From Raillietiella orientalis (taxonomy: Eukaryota), in contig JAYWIR010000024.1 of the NCBI GenBank assembly GCA_036172245.1, positions 1,736,001 to 1,800,000 on the forward strand: DNA of 64,000 nucleotides, written 5' to 3'. The position numbers were made by a program, and so were the translations under genes. Below are positions 12,850 to 24,714 of this stretch, piece by piece (position 1 is the stretch's first letter; each line of letters begins with the position of its first letter). The notes under the pieces are model-generated. The model saw nothing but the letters and a program-made list of their open reading frames with translations, had not been told where the DNA came from and made no database searches.

Positions 12850-13560
12850 AGAGTGTGATGTCCACCACACGCGTTCCACGTCCATCACCGCCGCCACCGC
12901 CAACAGCGTAATGGCACCTGATAAATCGCATCGCAAATACCATAGCACCGCCATTCTTCCACGTGATGGAACAGTCTGCTCCCTATTAGCCCTGAAATCT
13001 ACGGACGTGAGCAATGCCGCTGCTCCCCCCAACCCTTAAACCCATCCCACCCCTTAAGCACACGGGCTCGCCTCCCGAGCCACTCGTGCACCAACCCGCT
13101 CGGAAGGAAAAACAGACCAGAAGATGCACATACACGAGCCATCGCAAGCAAAACGCTCTCCAGCCTTTCCGCCCACCCGCCCTCATGCGGCTCACTGAAA
13201 AATGAGCCACACTTACCTTGTAATCAACCTGCCGAAAGCATAACAGTCCCCTAATTGCACCACCAGCCATACCATCCTTCATAGCCCATACTCCACCACC
13301 AATCCCCACGTCTGCACTTCCTTAACTGCACCAAACCATAACCTCACAATTTTGCCATCGCCCTGCAAGAATTATGGAACCATAAGAAATAGGCTCTCTG
13401 CATTAGCTCTAAGAAGCCATAAATGAATCCCCACGCGGGCAATCTCCGCAAAGAGCACTCTTCGTAACAAGAAATCTTCCGTCCTCGTCTTTACCTCCGT
13501 CGACCTAGCAATTAATTTCATATCATCCACTACAGAAATCACAACAACAATTGGAATCCC
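12850..13560 (-). mobile_element. Old RT C-terminal fragment from a compositionally distinct LINE
   Basis: ISVVDDMKLIA (YADD-like) at ~13510-13540 and PVCLRGGMGLR (GGLG motif) at ~13030-13065; the + strand is C/A-rich, unlike its neighbours. Confidence 0.45.
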
Positions 13561-13579
13561 TTTCCCCCCGTCCCACCCC

Positions 13580-13980
13580 TTCTTCAGAGTGAGCGCTCTA
13601 GAGTCATTTCTGATACCCCGTTCACGCTGAAATCAATGCCCCAAGAAGACCCCAGCCCTATCGTCTGCGCAGGATGGCTCCGACTTGGTGAAAGCCAGTG
13701 GGGTGCTGCTTGGGGGAACACGACGGAAAAGATGCAGATCAACAGTTCCGAACGGACGCTGCCGAGCCTCGTCTTCTGGCGTCCACCTCTTCCCCTGCCA
13801 GCCATGCCCAACAGCCACAGGCAGGTCGAGAGACCATGAGGAGCTGCAACGTTGCTTGTGTGTGTCCGCCGTGGTCACTCGGAGCGACTGCCTTCCGCCC
13901 GAGGGCGCTTTTTGATATCGCCACAGAGGAGCCATCAACGGCTTTCTCTTCGCAGCTTCCGTTCACCTGTCAAACCGTGT
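13580..13980 (-). mobile_element. APE endonuclease N-terminal remnant
   Basis: TV*QVNG..., ADTH (ETH-like) and WGIDFS (GDFN-like) occur in the expected order. Confidence 0.35.
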
Positions 13981-15575
13981 TGCAGCGCAAGAGACTCCCA
14001 TCCCCCACGGAAGGAAAACTGGAGCGATCCTCTCCCCACGCCTGCTCCTCCTAGCACGAGCTCGCCGTTTCACAAGCAGCGGAGGTTCCGCCGTAGGGGA
14101 GAGCGTGGAACCACAGGAGGAGATGCGCGCCCTGGTGGGCTTCCTGCCAGCTCATCCTCGACTCACGGGAAGACCCTCATCGGCATTTTGTTGAATACGA
14201 AGGACGTTCGACTGGGCAGGGACCGACGGGAAGATATTAGCAATGCGAGTGCACGAAATCATGCTGGGAAGAAAACGCATAGCGGAAGAAGAGTAGATTC
14301 CGCCGTCTCCTGCGCCTGCCTCTTCTCTCCAGCCGCTCCCGTAAGTCCGAAGGTCATCCCGCTGCAGCTGGTGACCCACCCCAGAGTTTCCGGCGTCGTT
14401 CGACAAGCCCGTCGAAAAGCCGTTCTTCGATATTTGCTCTCGCCTCCCCTCCCTTTATATATACGTATATACACAGCAGAGATTTTTACTCCCATTCCGC
14501 TGTGCACAAATCATTGCTTCCTTTCTCGGGAGGAAGAAGAGAAACAAGAAAGCATCAGGCTTCTCCCCGCCATCTTTTCGCTGAGGGAGCAAAATCCGGA
14601 GAGCTCATCTCGTGGAAAGATTCCAAGCGTCTTCTGTCGCGGCGTCTCCGCCGCTCGTATCGGCAGAAGGACCGGAATCGCCGACTCTCTCTCTTGGATT
14701 TTCGAATCTGCCGTCTTCATCCTCGTCGCCCTGCATCCAAACGCACAACAAGCACGTAAAAGCCGGAAGCGACTCTGCTGAATGCGGCAGCAGGAGGCAC
14801 CTCATCCCATGGCACGCGCCGCCATTCCGAGGCTCCTGACGCGAATCCTCAATAACACTACTGAAATGATGATTGCGCAAACACGGGTAAACAAACAACA
14901 GTCAAAAGACAAAAGGAAAAGAAAAAAAAAAAAACAAAGGCAAAGAAACGAAACTACCGAAACGGATTGCTTCCGTCACAACACTCAGGTGTTCGCCCAT
15001 CCTAATCCATCCTTGGGATAAGATGGACCTTTTGTTCTACTTCCCTGCGATCGCTAATCAACACTTGGCGCAGGCCATACTGAGGAGCGCTTCGGCGCGC
15101 ATTGCTCGGACACACAGGCGCTCGAACCGGTTGGCGCGCGCGCCATTTTGAACTGCTTTCGGCATTAACGGCGAGGTCACCATCGCTGCCGGCGAAGAAA
15201 AAAAGCGTGTTCGCCGAACGCCATCCAAGACGTTCTCTCAGCGGATCGAAGTTCTCCATCCAGAGTGTGTGTGTGTGTGTGCACCCAGAAAGGGTGTTTA
15301 TCGCACGGCAGGGCATCCGTCGTGATGCACATTACCGGTTCGCCAGCGGCAATTTCGAAATTTTGGTGGCCATTAAGAGGAAACGGTCCGTCGCGGTCCG
15401 ACCTTGCAGGTGTCGCCGCTGCGTGCAGTCGCCTGGGAAGCACGCGGCGCGCGATCCGCTGATAAAAAGCGACCAGGATCTTGCAAAGTGTTTTGATACT
15501 TGGCTCCCTGCGTGCTGATGGCAAACACTGTTCCAAATCAAGCGACTCTCCTGCGAAGGAGACCTCCGAGACTGA

Positions 15576-15622
15576 AATCCGAAGCAGGCCCATTGGTGAA
15601 ACCAATGGGCCTGCTTCGGATT
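15576..15622. repeat. Perfect 22-bp inverted repeat with a 3-nt loop
   Basis: AATCCGAAGCAGGCCCATTGGT-GAA-ACCAATGGGCCTGCTTCGGATT. Confidence 0.95.
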
Positions 15623-16479
15623 AGTCCCCCTTCCTTGCTTGTGGGCCCTTCTTGCCATCTTCTAGTAAGCGGATGGTATATCAGTTTCGAAGAGCAGTGT
15701 CTTCCTTCTTTTCCATCCTGTTTCCTACTACCGCTGTTGAGCTCCCCCCCCCCCCCCCTTCTCCGATCAGCAGCTGCCGGAAGCGGAGCAGAAGCGTCGT
15801 TCGAGAGTCGGCCAGTGTTGCCAGAGCTCCTTCGGAAGGAGATTTTTTAAGGGCCTCCTCCCCACCCCCTCACTCTGCTTGGAGCGCGTGGCTTTTCGCC
15901 GTTCGTGAACGGCTGAGCCTGAGATCATGGCCTAGAGAAGGGATTGCAGAGGGACTTTGACCCGAACTCGTGGACTCAAGACGGACACTCTTTAATTTTC
16001 ATGAACAGTGGGAGGATTCGCGATTTTCCGGGAGAGGTACGGGACCTCCTCAGTTCCACACCCGACACCGTGAAAGATCCGGACAGCGCCTCTCGTCCGC
16101 GACCACCTCTTCTTCGGACTTCGAGCACGCAGACACGACAAGATTTTCCTTCGCTCTCATTTATTTTGATGCTGAGGAGGGACACGGGGTCACCTGCCGG
16201 AAGGCCACCCGCCTGCCCGCCCCATCCGGTGGCTCGAAGGGAGGCCCGGCAAGGAGAGGAGCGACCCTTTTCTAGGGAAACCGGTGAGTCCTCCAGTCCA
16301 GCGTGCGCCTCTTCCCCGGTCGCCGCTCGAGGGTGCGTGGGGGTTTGCCTCGGCCGGCAGGGAACGCCGTCCATCCTCGCGGCGCGCGCGTCCTCTGACG
16401 GCGTCAGGCCCAAGAGAGAGGGCTGCGTGCGCCATCTCCTCCCTGAGGGGCCCTGCTTGGCCCTGCGGGATTCCTAAGA

Positions 16480-19420
16480 TGGGTGCAGGGCCGAGAACGG
16501 GAGCTCCGGGTCTCCGCTAAAGTCTCCGTAGGGGGAAAGGGGACTCGAGGGGTCGTTCCTCTTCCTGCAGCACCGGACCCGTTACCGGGAGGACTCACGA
16601 GACCCCATTCCGGTCCGGTCCGCCGGATGTCGTCCCTCCGAGCTGCGAGGCAGCGCCCGCGAGATAGTCGGAACGCACCTGCCCCCCCCCGCCGGATGCC
16701 GCCCCTCCCCTACCCCGGACGTCCGGGAACCCGCGACGGGACCGAAGTTCCTCCTCTTCCTCTCGAAGGACAAGGGTGGACCTCAGACCGCCGTTCTGGA
16801 TCCGTGCTGCCACGACCGGCCGGTCCATTGCGACGATACCACGGGAAGCGGAGGCGGCGGCGTGGATTCCCTCCGCGGACGAGACGCGGGTAGTCCCGGG
16901 AACGCGCCCGATCCCGGGGAGACCGCGCAGGCCCCACTCGCCACGGAGGCGTGCGTGATGGACTCCAGGCAGTCGGGCCCGGGGCGGCTTCCGACTTCTG
17001 CGGGTGGTCTGATGGAAGATTCCCCTTCCTCCCCTCCCCCCCCCCGGCTCCCTCGTCCTCCCCTCGAGGTCCAGGTCTGAGCCTCGCCTTCCCTCTCAAA
17101 ACAGGAAGCCGCCCGCATTCCCTGATCCTCCTCCTCTCCCGGACTGCTTTGCGTTTTGTAAGGCATTGACCCTTTGCGGGCGCCTTCCTTAACCTCCGCG
17201 TCCCTTCGTTGCTCTGCCGGGTTTCCTGCAAATCCCGTCGGGGAGACGGTGCTCGCAATGGAGGGTGCCGCTGTTGGCACAAGCCCTCCGGCTGCGTTTT
17301 CTTTGCCCGCGACTCTCCGAAAGCCCTCGTGAGGGGTGGCTGCTGGAGCCGTTGTGGAGGGAGGTGGCACTGCGCCCAGTCGGTTCCGCAACCGGCTACT
17401 CCCCGAGGGTCGAATTTTGGAGTCGTTCTGATCTGCCGTGCTTCGCATCACATCCCACCGGGACGCATCGACGGCGAAGGAATACCCTCGTCGCTACAGG
17501 ATGCGTATTCTTCCCCCCCTTTCCCCGAGGCAGCTCGCCTCCCTCCCTCCTAGGGGTCCAACCATGGCTGCCAAACGAAAGCCGCGTTCGTGGCTTTCGT
17601 TTGGCGTGGGTTCGAATTTCGATGATCGCGCGAAAGAGGGAGGTCACCGCCCGCCTGCGCCACAATGCAGCCTTCGCAGCCACCAAGGACGGGTCACACC
17701 TCCCAGTGAGGCAGTACCTTGCTACTCCCTCCCCCTCTTGTGAGGCAAGCGCCCAGCCAAAGAAGGAGAGAGAGCAATCAGGGAGCGGAAGAAGAGAGCG
17801 GCAGACTTGGACCGAGTGGGTCCCGAGTGGACGCAATGACGGGCAGTTCTTCCCTGGAAGTCTCCTCCTCCCCCCCGATTCCCTCCTTCCCACCCCATCC
17901 ACCGGCCCCAGGCATGACGGGTGAGTCGCTTGTTTGGTTGCTGTTTGACTCCAGAGCCCTCGATCGTGACTGGTGCATCAGCCCAGCCATGATCGGGAAG
18001 TCGACCAACTTCCAGCACATCATCCACATCGACTTGGCGGACGCCCGTCTGGGTAGCAGCCAGCTGGTAGCCCTCCTGGATCACATGGGGAGCAAGGGAG
18101 GCTACGAGAGCTTCGTGTCTTTCCTGGTGCAGTCATGAAGCCAGAGATCCGAGAGGAATCGCGTCAGCAATGCGGACTCCGTGCTGCCACCACGCTTCGT
18201 CTCACGGAGACAGCTTCCCGACTGCCTATACACGGACTGGCTCTCCGGAAGCTTCGCGTGCGTTCCCTGCTCTTTCCATTATCTGGAAGGGGGGGAGTCT
18301 GCTCGATGAAGAACGCTTGCCGCCCGTGGATTGTCCACGCGGATGTGGTCCACGAGGGCGTCCTCGAGAAGAGGCGGCGTGGACCGAATGTGCAGGGTGG
18401 GGAAGAAGGGTCCCTCAACAGCGTCCTCGGTGGCTGCATCCGACCTGCAGTCTGATACTGCCGGAAGGCTCGAGGGTCGCCCGGAAGCGCTGGCAGCTGA
18501 AGGTCCCCAGCCAGCCTATTCCTGGGATGGACGCGAAGCTTCAGCGGGACCGGGTGCTCCAGAGAGGGGGTGGAAGAACAAGAGGATGATCTCCCTGGAT
18601 GCTGGAGGTGCGGGAGCGAAGGGGCTTTCCCACGCCTGCCTGTCCGACGTCGTCTAGGACTTGGGCACGGATGGGGACGAGTGGTGTTTCCTCCCCTCTC
18701 AGTCCCAGGAACCCACCACGTGGGTTCTTCGGCGAGTGCGGCGTGGCCCGAGACAACGGCCGTCTCTTGCGAGGGCTCTCAGGGGGCTGTGAGCAAAGAA
18801 AGCACAACCGGAGGGCGTGCATCAACCACAGCACCCCCCAGTTGCGAGCGCCGCCTCCCCGGAAGGATTTGCCGCGTTTCTGGGCTGCAGGGTTCTCCCC
18901 CGGAAGAGACGCAGCAGGCCTTCCCTCCCTTCCTGAAAAGCCGCCTCCCCGTGCTGCCGCAGCAGCGGGATGCACACCGGAGCACCGGAACCGGGGGCAC
19001 GAAGGCGCGCCCCCTCCGGGCTTGCGGGAGAGGGAGGGGACTCGAGCGGCCTCACCGAAATCGGGAGAGGTCGCGAGGCACTGGGCGCGAGTGCGAGCAG
19101 ACCCACGAGGCTCTCCGGAGACTTCCCTTCCTCCCCACGGAAGTCCCTACGAACTCTACCCACTCCCTAATGCCTCGCCTAGAGGGGTGCGCCTCGTCTC
19201 TTCCCCTCATAAAAAGCCAACGTCCTAGATAACGCAACTGGGCAACGGGGGAGTCGGGAACGCCCTCCCCGTCCCTGCCAGCGACGCTGCGACCCCCACC
19301 CCTGCAAACGGCTCCCGACGTGCTCATGCAGAACACCTTCGGGCATGCGCATATTAATTTATTGTGGGCCGAGAGGGCCTCTGGACTCTGGACGGAACAG
19401 AGAAATCTCCCCCTCGGAGG
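16480..19420 (+). mobile_element. Heavily decayed LINE (ORF1, APE, RT N-terminal half)
   Basis: Collinear remnants FRLAWVRISMIARKRE..GSHL, IGKSTNF, TASRL, FLKSRLPVLPQ (compare FRTARVRLLPK) and MQNTFGHAHINLLW (compare LHKAFDCVNQDLLL). Confidence 0.5.
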
Positions 19421-19769
19421 CGGCAGGTCGCGCCAGCAGCAACTGAAGTCGGGCGACACTGAAGTGGGCGCGATCGTAAAGAGAGGGAACGAGGGGGGTG
19501 GAGAAGGGATTGTCGTTTCTCATGGACTTTTATGGGCACGGAGCTCCCTGCGTCCGCCCGCCCCGCCTAGAAATGCGGGAAAAAGCGAAGCCGAGCGTGA
19601 CGGGGATCAGCGCCGGCAGTAGGGCGTCGCCCACGGAGCGGCTCCATAGGACTACCCGCAGCATTCCCCCCCTTCTTCCCTCCCCTACCCTCTCCGTCAA
19701 CGGAGCCGCTTCGAAGAAGAACAACAACAAAAGACAAAGAGCGACTGGCAGCATGCAGGCTGTCGTCAA

Positions 19770-21700
19770 GGGGAACGGGCAGCGCGCTCGCCACGATGCC
19801 GCCGTCGCCTGACAGCAGCGTCCCGCCGGCGCTGCTGTTGCCAAGATGCCGCTGTCGAGGCGGCCGGAAACGGCCGGCATCGACTTTTACGACCTGCGCT
19901 TACCGAGATGCCCTCGAGGCGAGCAGGAAGAGGGGGGAAAGAAAATGCCCTGAGGGCTGCCTCAGTTCCGGGGACCTCGGCGAGGAGCAGGAGATCCGAA
20001 AAGCCATGGAGGACGAGGCGTCGCGATCTCTGGCGAAGCAGCCTCGCACAAGAAACGAGCGTCACTCCCTCCTGAAATCCAGCCAGGAAGGCGCTTTTCC
20101 CTCGAAGCAGAGCGCTTCCTCGACTGAGATCCCTCGAGTTCGTTCTGGTCTCCTGCCGACGAGCCGAACCCTTACGGGAGGAGGGCAGCAGCCCTGCAGT
20201 TGCAAAGACTGTTCCGCCTCCAGGCGACCTCCTTCTTTTACCACCGTTGCTCTCGAAAGAAGGCACGGAGAGGTGCCAGACGAAAAGCCATGCCAAATGG
20301 TGGCAGCAGCTGGAACCAAGTGGACATGGCACGAAAGCTGAGGGGGTGGGAGTGGGGGCTCCGGCAGCAGCCGGACTCGGGAGCTTTTCGGAGGCCGCCC
20401 ACAGGGCACCTGGAGGTCGGGTTACCTCCCGTCGCATCTGGACGCGATGGATGCCCCAGCAAACACTCCCCGAGACGGTGGTCGCCAGCGTCGCTTTCAC
20501 GGGCACACTGCGGGCGTAAATTCACCTCCGGCACGCGTGCGCTAGCCGAAGCAGCGTGGAGCGAGGAGGTTCCCTTTGCTGAGAAACATGTCATGCATGG
20601 GCCAGGCCTTTCCTGCACGCAGAAGACATGCGATTCCCTTGCTCCGTGTTCCGCCCCAGCTTTCCGCGAGCGCGGGAGACGCGCGGCCTTGCGCGCTGCA
20701 GCGCATTCTCTCAGCCGCTAAGCCCCCGCATCCCGCTCTCGCTGGAGGCATCAGACAGGCATCCCGACGGTCCGGCGGACCGAGTCGACGGAGACGAGAC
20801 GGGAAGCATCGGCGGCCCGCAACGAGCCATCCGAGCCGCCGCGCCCTCTGGAGCACCACCACGCCTCGATGCTTGCCCATCCCACGTCGGAACGACCGGG
20901 GATCCACGGCTAAGGGGGAGCCGAAAAAACCATCCATCGGCTCCCCTCCAGGAGCGCCCGTGGCCGCCTGCACTACCGCCGCAAGGTCGTTGCCTGCGGC
21001 ACCGCCCAGCTGCCCCGCAGGCGGCTGAGGCCTTCGCGGAGCCGTCCGTCGAGACAGAGGTCGCGGCACCAAGACCTCCTTCCTTCCGCGCCCAGGTGGC
21101 ATCCCACCCTCCCAGTGCCCCAGAACGGGAGCACGCCGGCGCTTTACCCTCCTTCCACCCCCGTCTGTGGAGCCTCCGAGGGCCGCAGCAGCGGCCCTCG
21201 GAGGGGACAGACGGCGATCTCTGGTCCCTCTTCATGGGGCGCCAGTCTGGGGTGGGGCGTCGAGTCGACTCCAGGAGCGGACCGGCTGTGGAGGGTCCGC
21301 ACCAACCGAGACCGGGGGCCCTTCTGTGCCGCTTCTCCCTCCCTCACTCGTCGCTTGCCTGCTCCCGGCGGGCACGCGCCCGCTGTCCCGTCCCTCGGTC
21401 GATGGCCGGCCGGAGCCCTCGTGTGAATCCTCCGGGAAGCGGACTGCTGGAGCGGCAAACCGGAGCGGCACAGACGAAGTTTCGGGATCGCTTGTACCCC
21501 TCCGTGAGGTCGGCCCCCTCCGGGTGTCCCAGCACGCAGCCGGGGGCACGGCTGACCGCGTCAGGGAGCACCCGGGCCAGTCCGGGACGTCGAACACATT
21601 TGAGGGCTGCTCCAGTGCTTCCGAGCGGCTCCCTGGTCGAACTGTAGCAGGTCTTCACATCTTCCACGGGCGAGGCCGGAGCTGCCCGGACCGGATCAGG
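19770..21700 (+). mobile_element. Heavily decayed LINE RT region
   Basis: GDLGEEQEIRKAM, KLRGWEWG, MGQAF and GGIRQAS (GIRQG motif) occur in the expected order. Confidence 0.45.
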
Positions 21701-22489
21701 CGGACTCCACCCGGAAGGAGTTCGCAGGCTCCGCCACAATGAGGATAGTCCTCCTGAGGATGCAGAGTCGTTTCCCTGGACCAAAAGGTGGACCGCGAAA
21801 ATTGCTGAAGAGCAACATTTGTTTCGACGTTCAAAGGTATCGACCTCTCAAATGCTCGTCTCTGAACTGCTCCGGTTCGTTACGAAGTCGGCGTTTCCTC
21901 TGGAGCACGGGAGCTAAGAAGGGAGGGAGCAGATGGCTCCACGGTGTGCGGAATGTATCCGATTCGCCTCTCCCTTTTGTCGACGGAGGCGAAGAGTGGC
22001 ATCGCCCGTGAGAAAAGCGCAATGCAAAGAAGCGAAAGAGAGCCACGAAATCAATGGTGTGGGCGTCATCCCGTCGCTGGCAAACGGCCACTTTTGTGAC
22101 GGAGATTCCTCCTCCTCTTCGTCCTCGCCTTCGTTTCTGGTGCTTTCCCCAGCCAAAGGAATGGGGAGCGGACGGCGGCGGGGAAAGAAAGCGATGCGCG
22201 CGTTCGGAGCAGCCGAGCTCGGCTCCAGACGGAAACGTCCCTTCAGGAACTCTTTTCCTCCCAGCTGAATCTGACACTGATTTCCCGAAGAGACGTTTCC
22301 CTCTTCTTCTTAGGTGAATCTACCCAAAACTGAGGTTTCGTTCCTGGTATGAGCTCACAAGACGTCTACATCCGCGACGATGGAAATTCTTTGAGGATCT
22401 CCTGTTTTCGCGGCATCCCTCCCAGCTTTGTTCTTTTTGGGGGAGGAGTCGAGAAAGTGCTGAAGAACGGCTCGCCTCCTAAGAAAGAG

Positions 22490-23050
22490 CGGTATGGGGA
22501 GGATCACGATTCAACGCTCTCTACGCCACCCAAGGAGGCGTGTGGAATCTCCAAGCTACAGCGAATACCTCGGGAAGGGACTACTACCCTACCCTACCTT
22601 CTTCCAGGAATGCTCCGGAGGAAGGAGTTCATTCCTCTTGTACTTGAAAGGAACCCTGAAGGAAATCCTCACCCTGCTTGTTTTCGTAGGAGTCCCCTGG
22701 AGGGGGCCACCCCTTGTTCTCCGGAACCGTTCTTCTTACGGGAACCCTGAAGGGACGCTTCCCAGTTTCCCTGAAGGGCACTTCCGGAAGGAAGCAGAGC
22801 GATTCTTGAGACTGGGGAGGCATCAACTAGCTCCATGGAACGCGATGGAAGGTCTCCCCCTTCTCCTTTCCAAGGTGAGGGGACGGCTCCACTTTCACAA
22901 CTGGAGGGGAATTCCGAAAGGCTCCTTGATTCCTGGAAGGACCTCGGAGGGTCAACTTCCAATCCCGTCCAGTCAACGTGGTCATCCAAAGGTTTCCTGT
23001 TTCCACCAGTGCCGCACCTGAATGGGCCAACCGCGCGGTCCATTTTGGGA
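22490..23050 (-). mobile_element. SINE-like repeat body, copy 3 (head missing)
   Basis: Clear similarity to 8225-8590 and 59310-59673; contains an unoccupied CCAGTGCCGCACC site at 23006-23018. Confidence 0.7.
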
Positions 23051-24560
23051 TTGGCCGCGCGTATGTCCCGGCACACCTGCCGTCCCAGCATATGCGGACG
23101 ATCTTCTGCTGCTGCTCCCAGCGTCCACCTTGGCATGCGCACTGCACGGCTTCTTCGAGTTGCTCAGTCGTGGGACAGGTGAAGTCATTCATCGTTACAG
23201 CCTGGTCCGGCCGTCTTCAGAAAGCACTGTAGGCGCTCGGCCCGTTCCAAGAGGTAGGTTTTACCTGACGGAACGGACCGCGGTGTGGAACACGTTTGCA
23301 GCCCCTCTCCCCCGCTTTTTGCTTTTTGTTTGCCCCTCACCATGCAGCATTAGAAAGCGGACAAAGGACCTCCTCTGGATCGCCCTCTGAGCAAAGGGAG
23401 GCCCCGAGGCCACCTGAAGGACTTGTGTGCTCCGCGCCAGGACGGCTGCCTGGAATTCCTCCTGATGCTGGAGCGAATGAAGCTGCAGCTTCAGTTTCGG
23501 GCACTCGCCCTCGTGGAAAAATTACGGTGCATCACCTGGTGCCAACCTGCACGTCTTCTCGTCCAGCAAGACACCGGTAGAGTGGGATGCTAGTCCCACT
23601 CTACCGGTGGCCTTCCATGCCTTCTCAGCCTTCCATGCAGCCTCATCCATGGTGGACTGCATCTGCGACAGGTGGCCACGCTGGCGAAAAAAAACGGATG
23701 GATTTCGTGTCGCCCCGCGAAAGGAAGTGCCTAACTGCAAAAAACCGTTCGCACGTGGACGGGGAGTCAAGAGCGGAACAGGTGCGACGTTTCCTATACG
23801 CGCGCAACAACAACTGCACTCTCCGGGAGATCCTGGAAGATCCCGTGAAGAGTGAGTGGGCAAGCAGAAACTCCCTCGCTACTGCGCTGCCCTCCCTTAG
23901 GCAGCACATGGGCAGCAACCTCGCGGAAAAATAGGAGAGATTACTGCGGAAATCTTCGAAGAAGAGGACTGGGCGAGTGGACGACGGGCCGGCTTACTGA
24001 TACTGAGACCCCGAATGCTCGGACTTTTGCGCTGAGGCGTGGTACTGGGTATTCTGGAGGAAGACCTGCAGTAGACTCCGGTGCCCATGAACACCCGCAC
24101 CCTCCCTTCAAAGTGGCACGAGTCGGCATTGATGCCGCTGCACTGGGGCCTCCCGTGCAACTCCCTCCGGCACCTGTGGACACGGGGGAGGAGGTGGATC
24201 CAAACTGCAAGGTGCGGGAAAATAGAATCCCTTCTGCACCCCCTAGTGGACTCTGTTGCCCTACAACCCCTTCGAGGACGCTTTTCCGCCACCCTTTGAA
24301 CCCCCGGCGGAAATGCCAGAGACATTTAGAAGTGCCTCTTTCTGAGCGACGTCCTCACGCCGGCCGCATCCCCAGCAGCACTATCCTGTCCACCGGAGGG
24401 ACCATGGCCGTATGGAGCAACGCCAGAGGAGACCGGAACGACAGAGACGCCATCCATTTTGCTGTACTCTTCATGAGGATAACGTCAAAATGGTCTCATC
24501 TGGGAGTCATGAAACAGGAACTTGTGGCATCCTTACAAGGATTCAGAGACGCTCTCCAGC
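23050..24560 (+). mobile_element. LINE ORF2 fragment from the RT YADD motif to the C-terminus (subfamily A)
   Basis: PAVPAYADDLLLLLP, ERTAVWNTFAAP, KWHESALMPLHWGLPCN, ITSKWSHLGVMKQEL; frameshifted. Confidence 0.85.
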
Positions 24561-24564
24561 CTTT

Positions 24565-24683
24565 CATTTCGGTCTTCGCGCGTGGCACAAAATGTCGCGG
24601 GTTCCAATTCCACCCGGGAAAGAATCGACGCCGAGAAATGGGTATGCCGTGGGTTTCAAGTCCCCCTCCCCTTCAAGGTGACC
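24565..24683 (+). mobile_element. SINE-like repeat head fragment, copy 4
   Basis: GGGTTCCAATTCCACCCGGGAAAGAATCGACGCCGAGAAATGGG matches the B-box region of the other copies. Confidence 0.65.
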
Positions 24684-24714
24684 AGTCCCGGCTGTCTTTG
24701 ACAGCCGGGACTCA

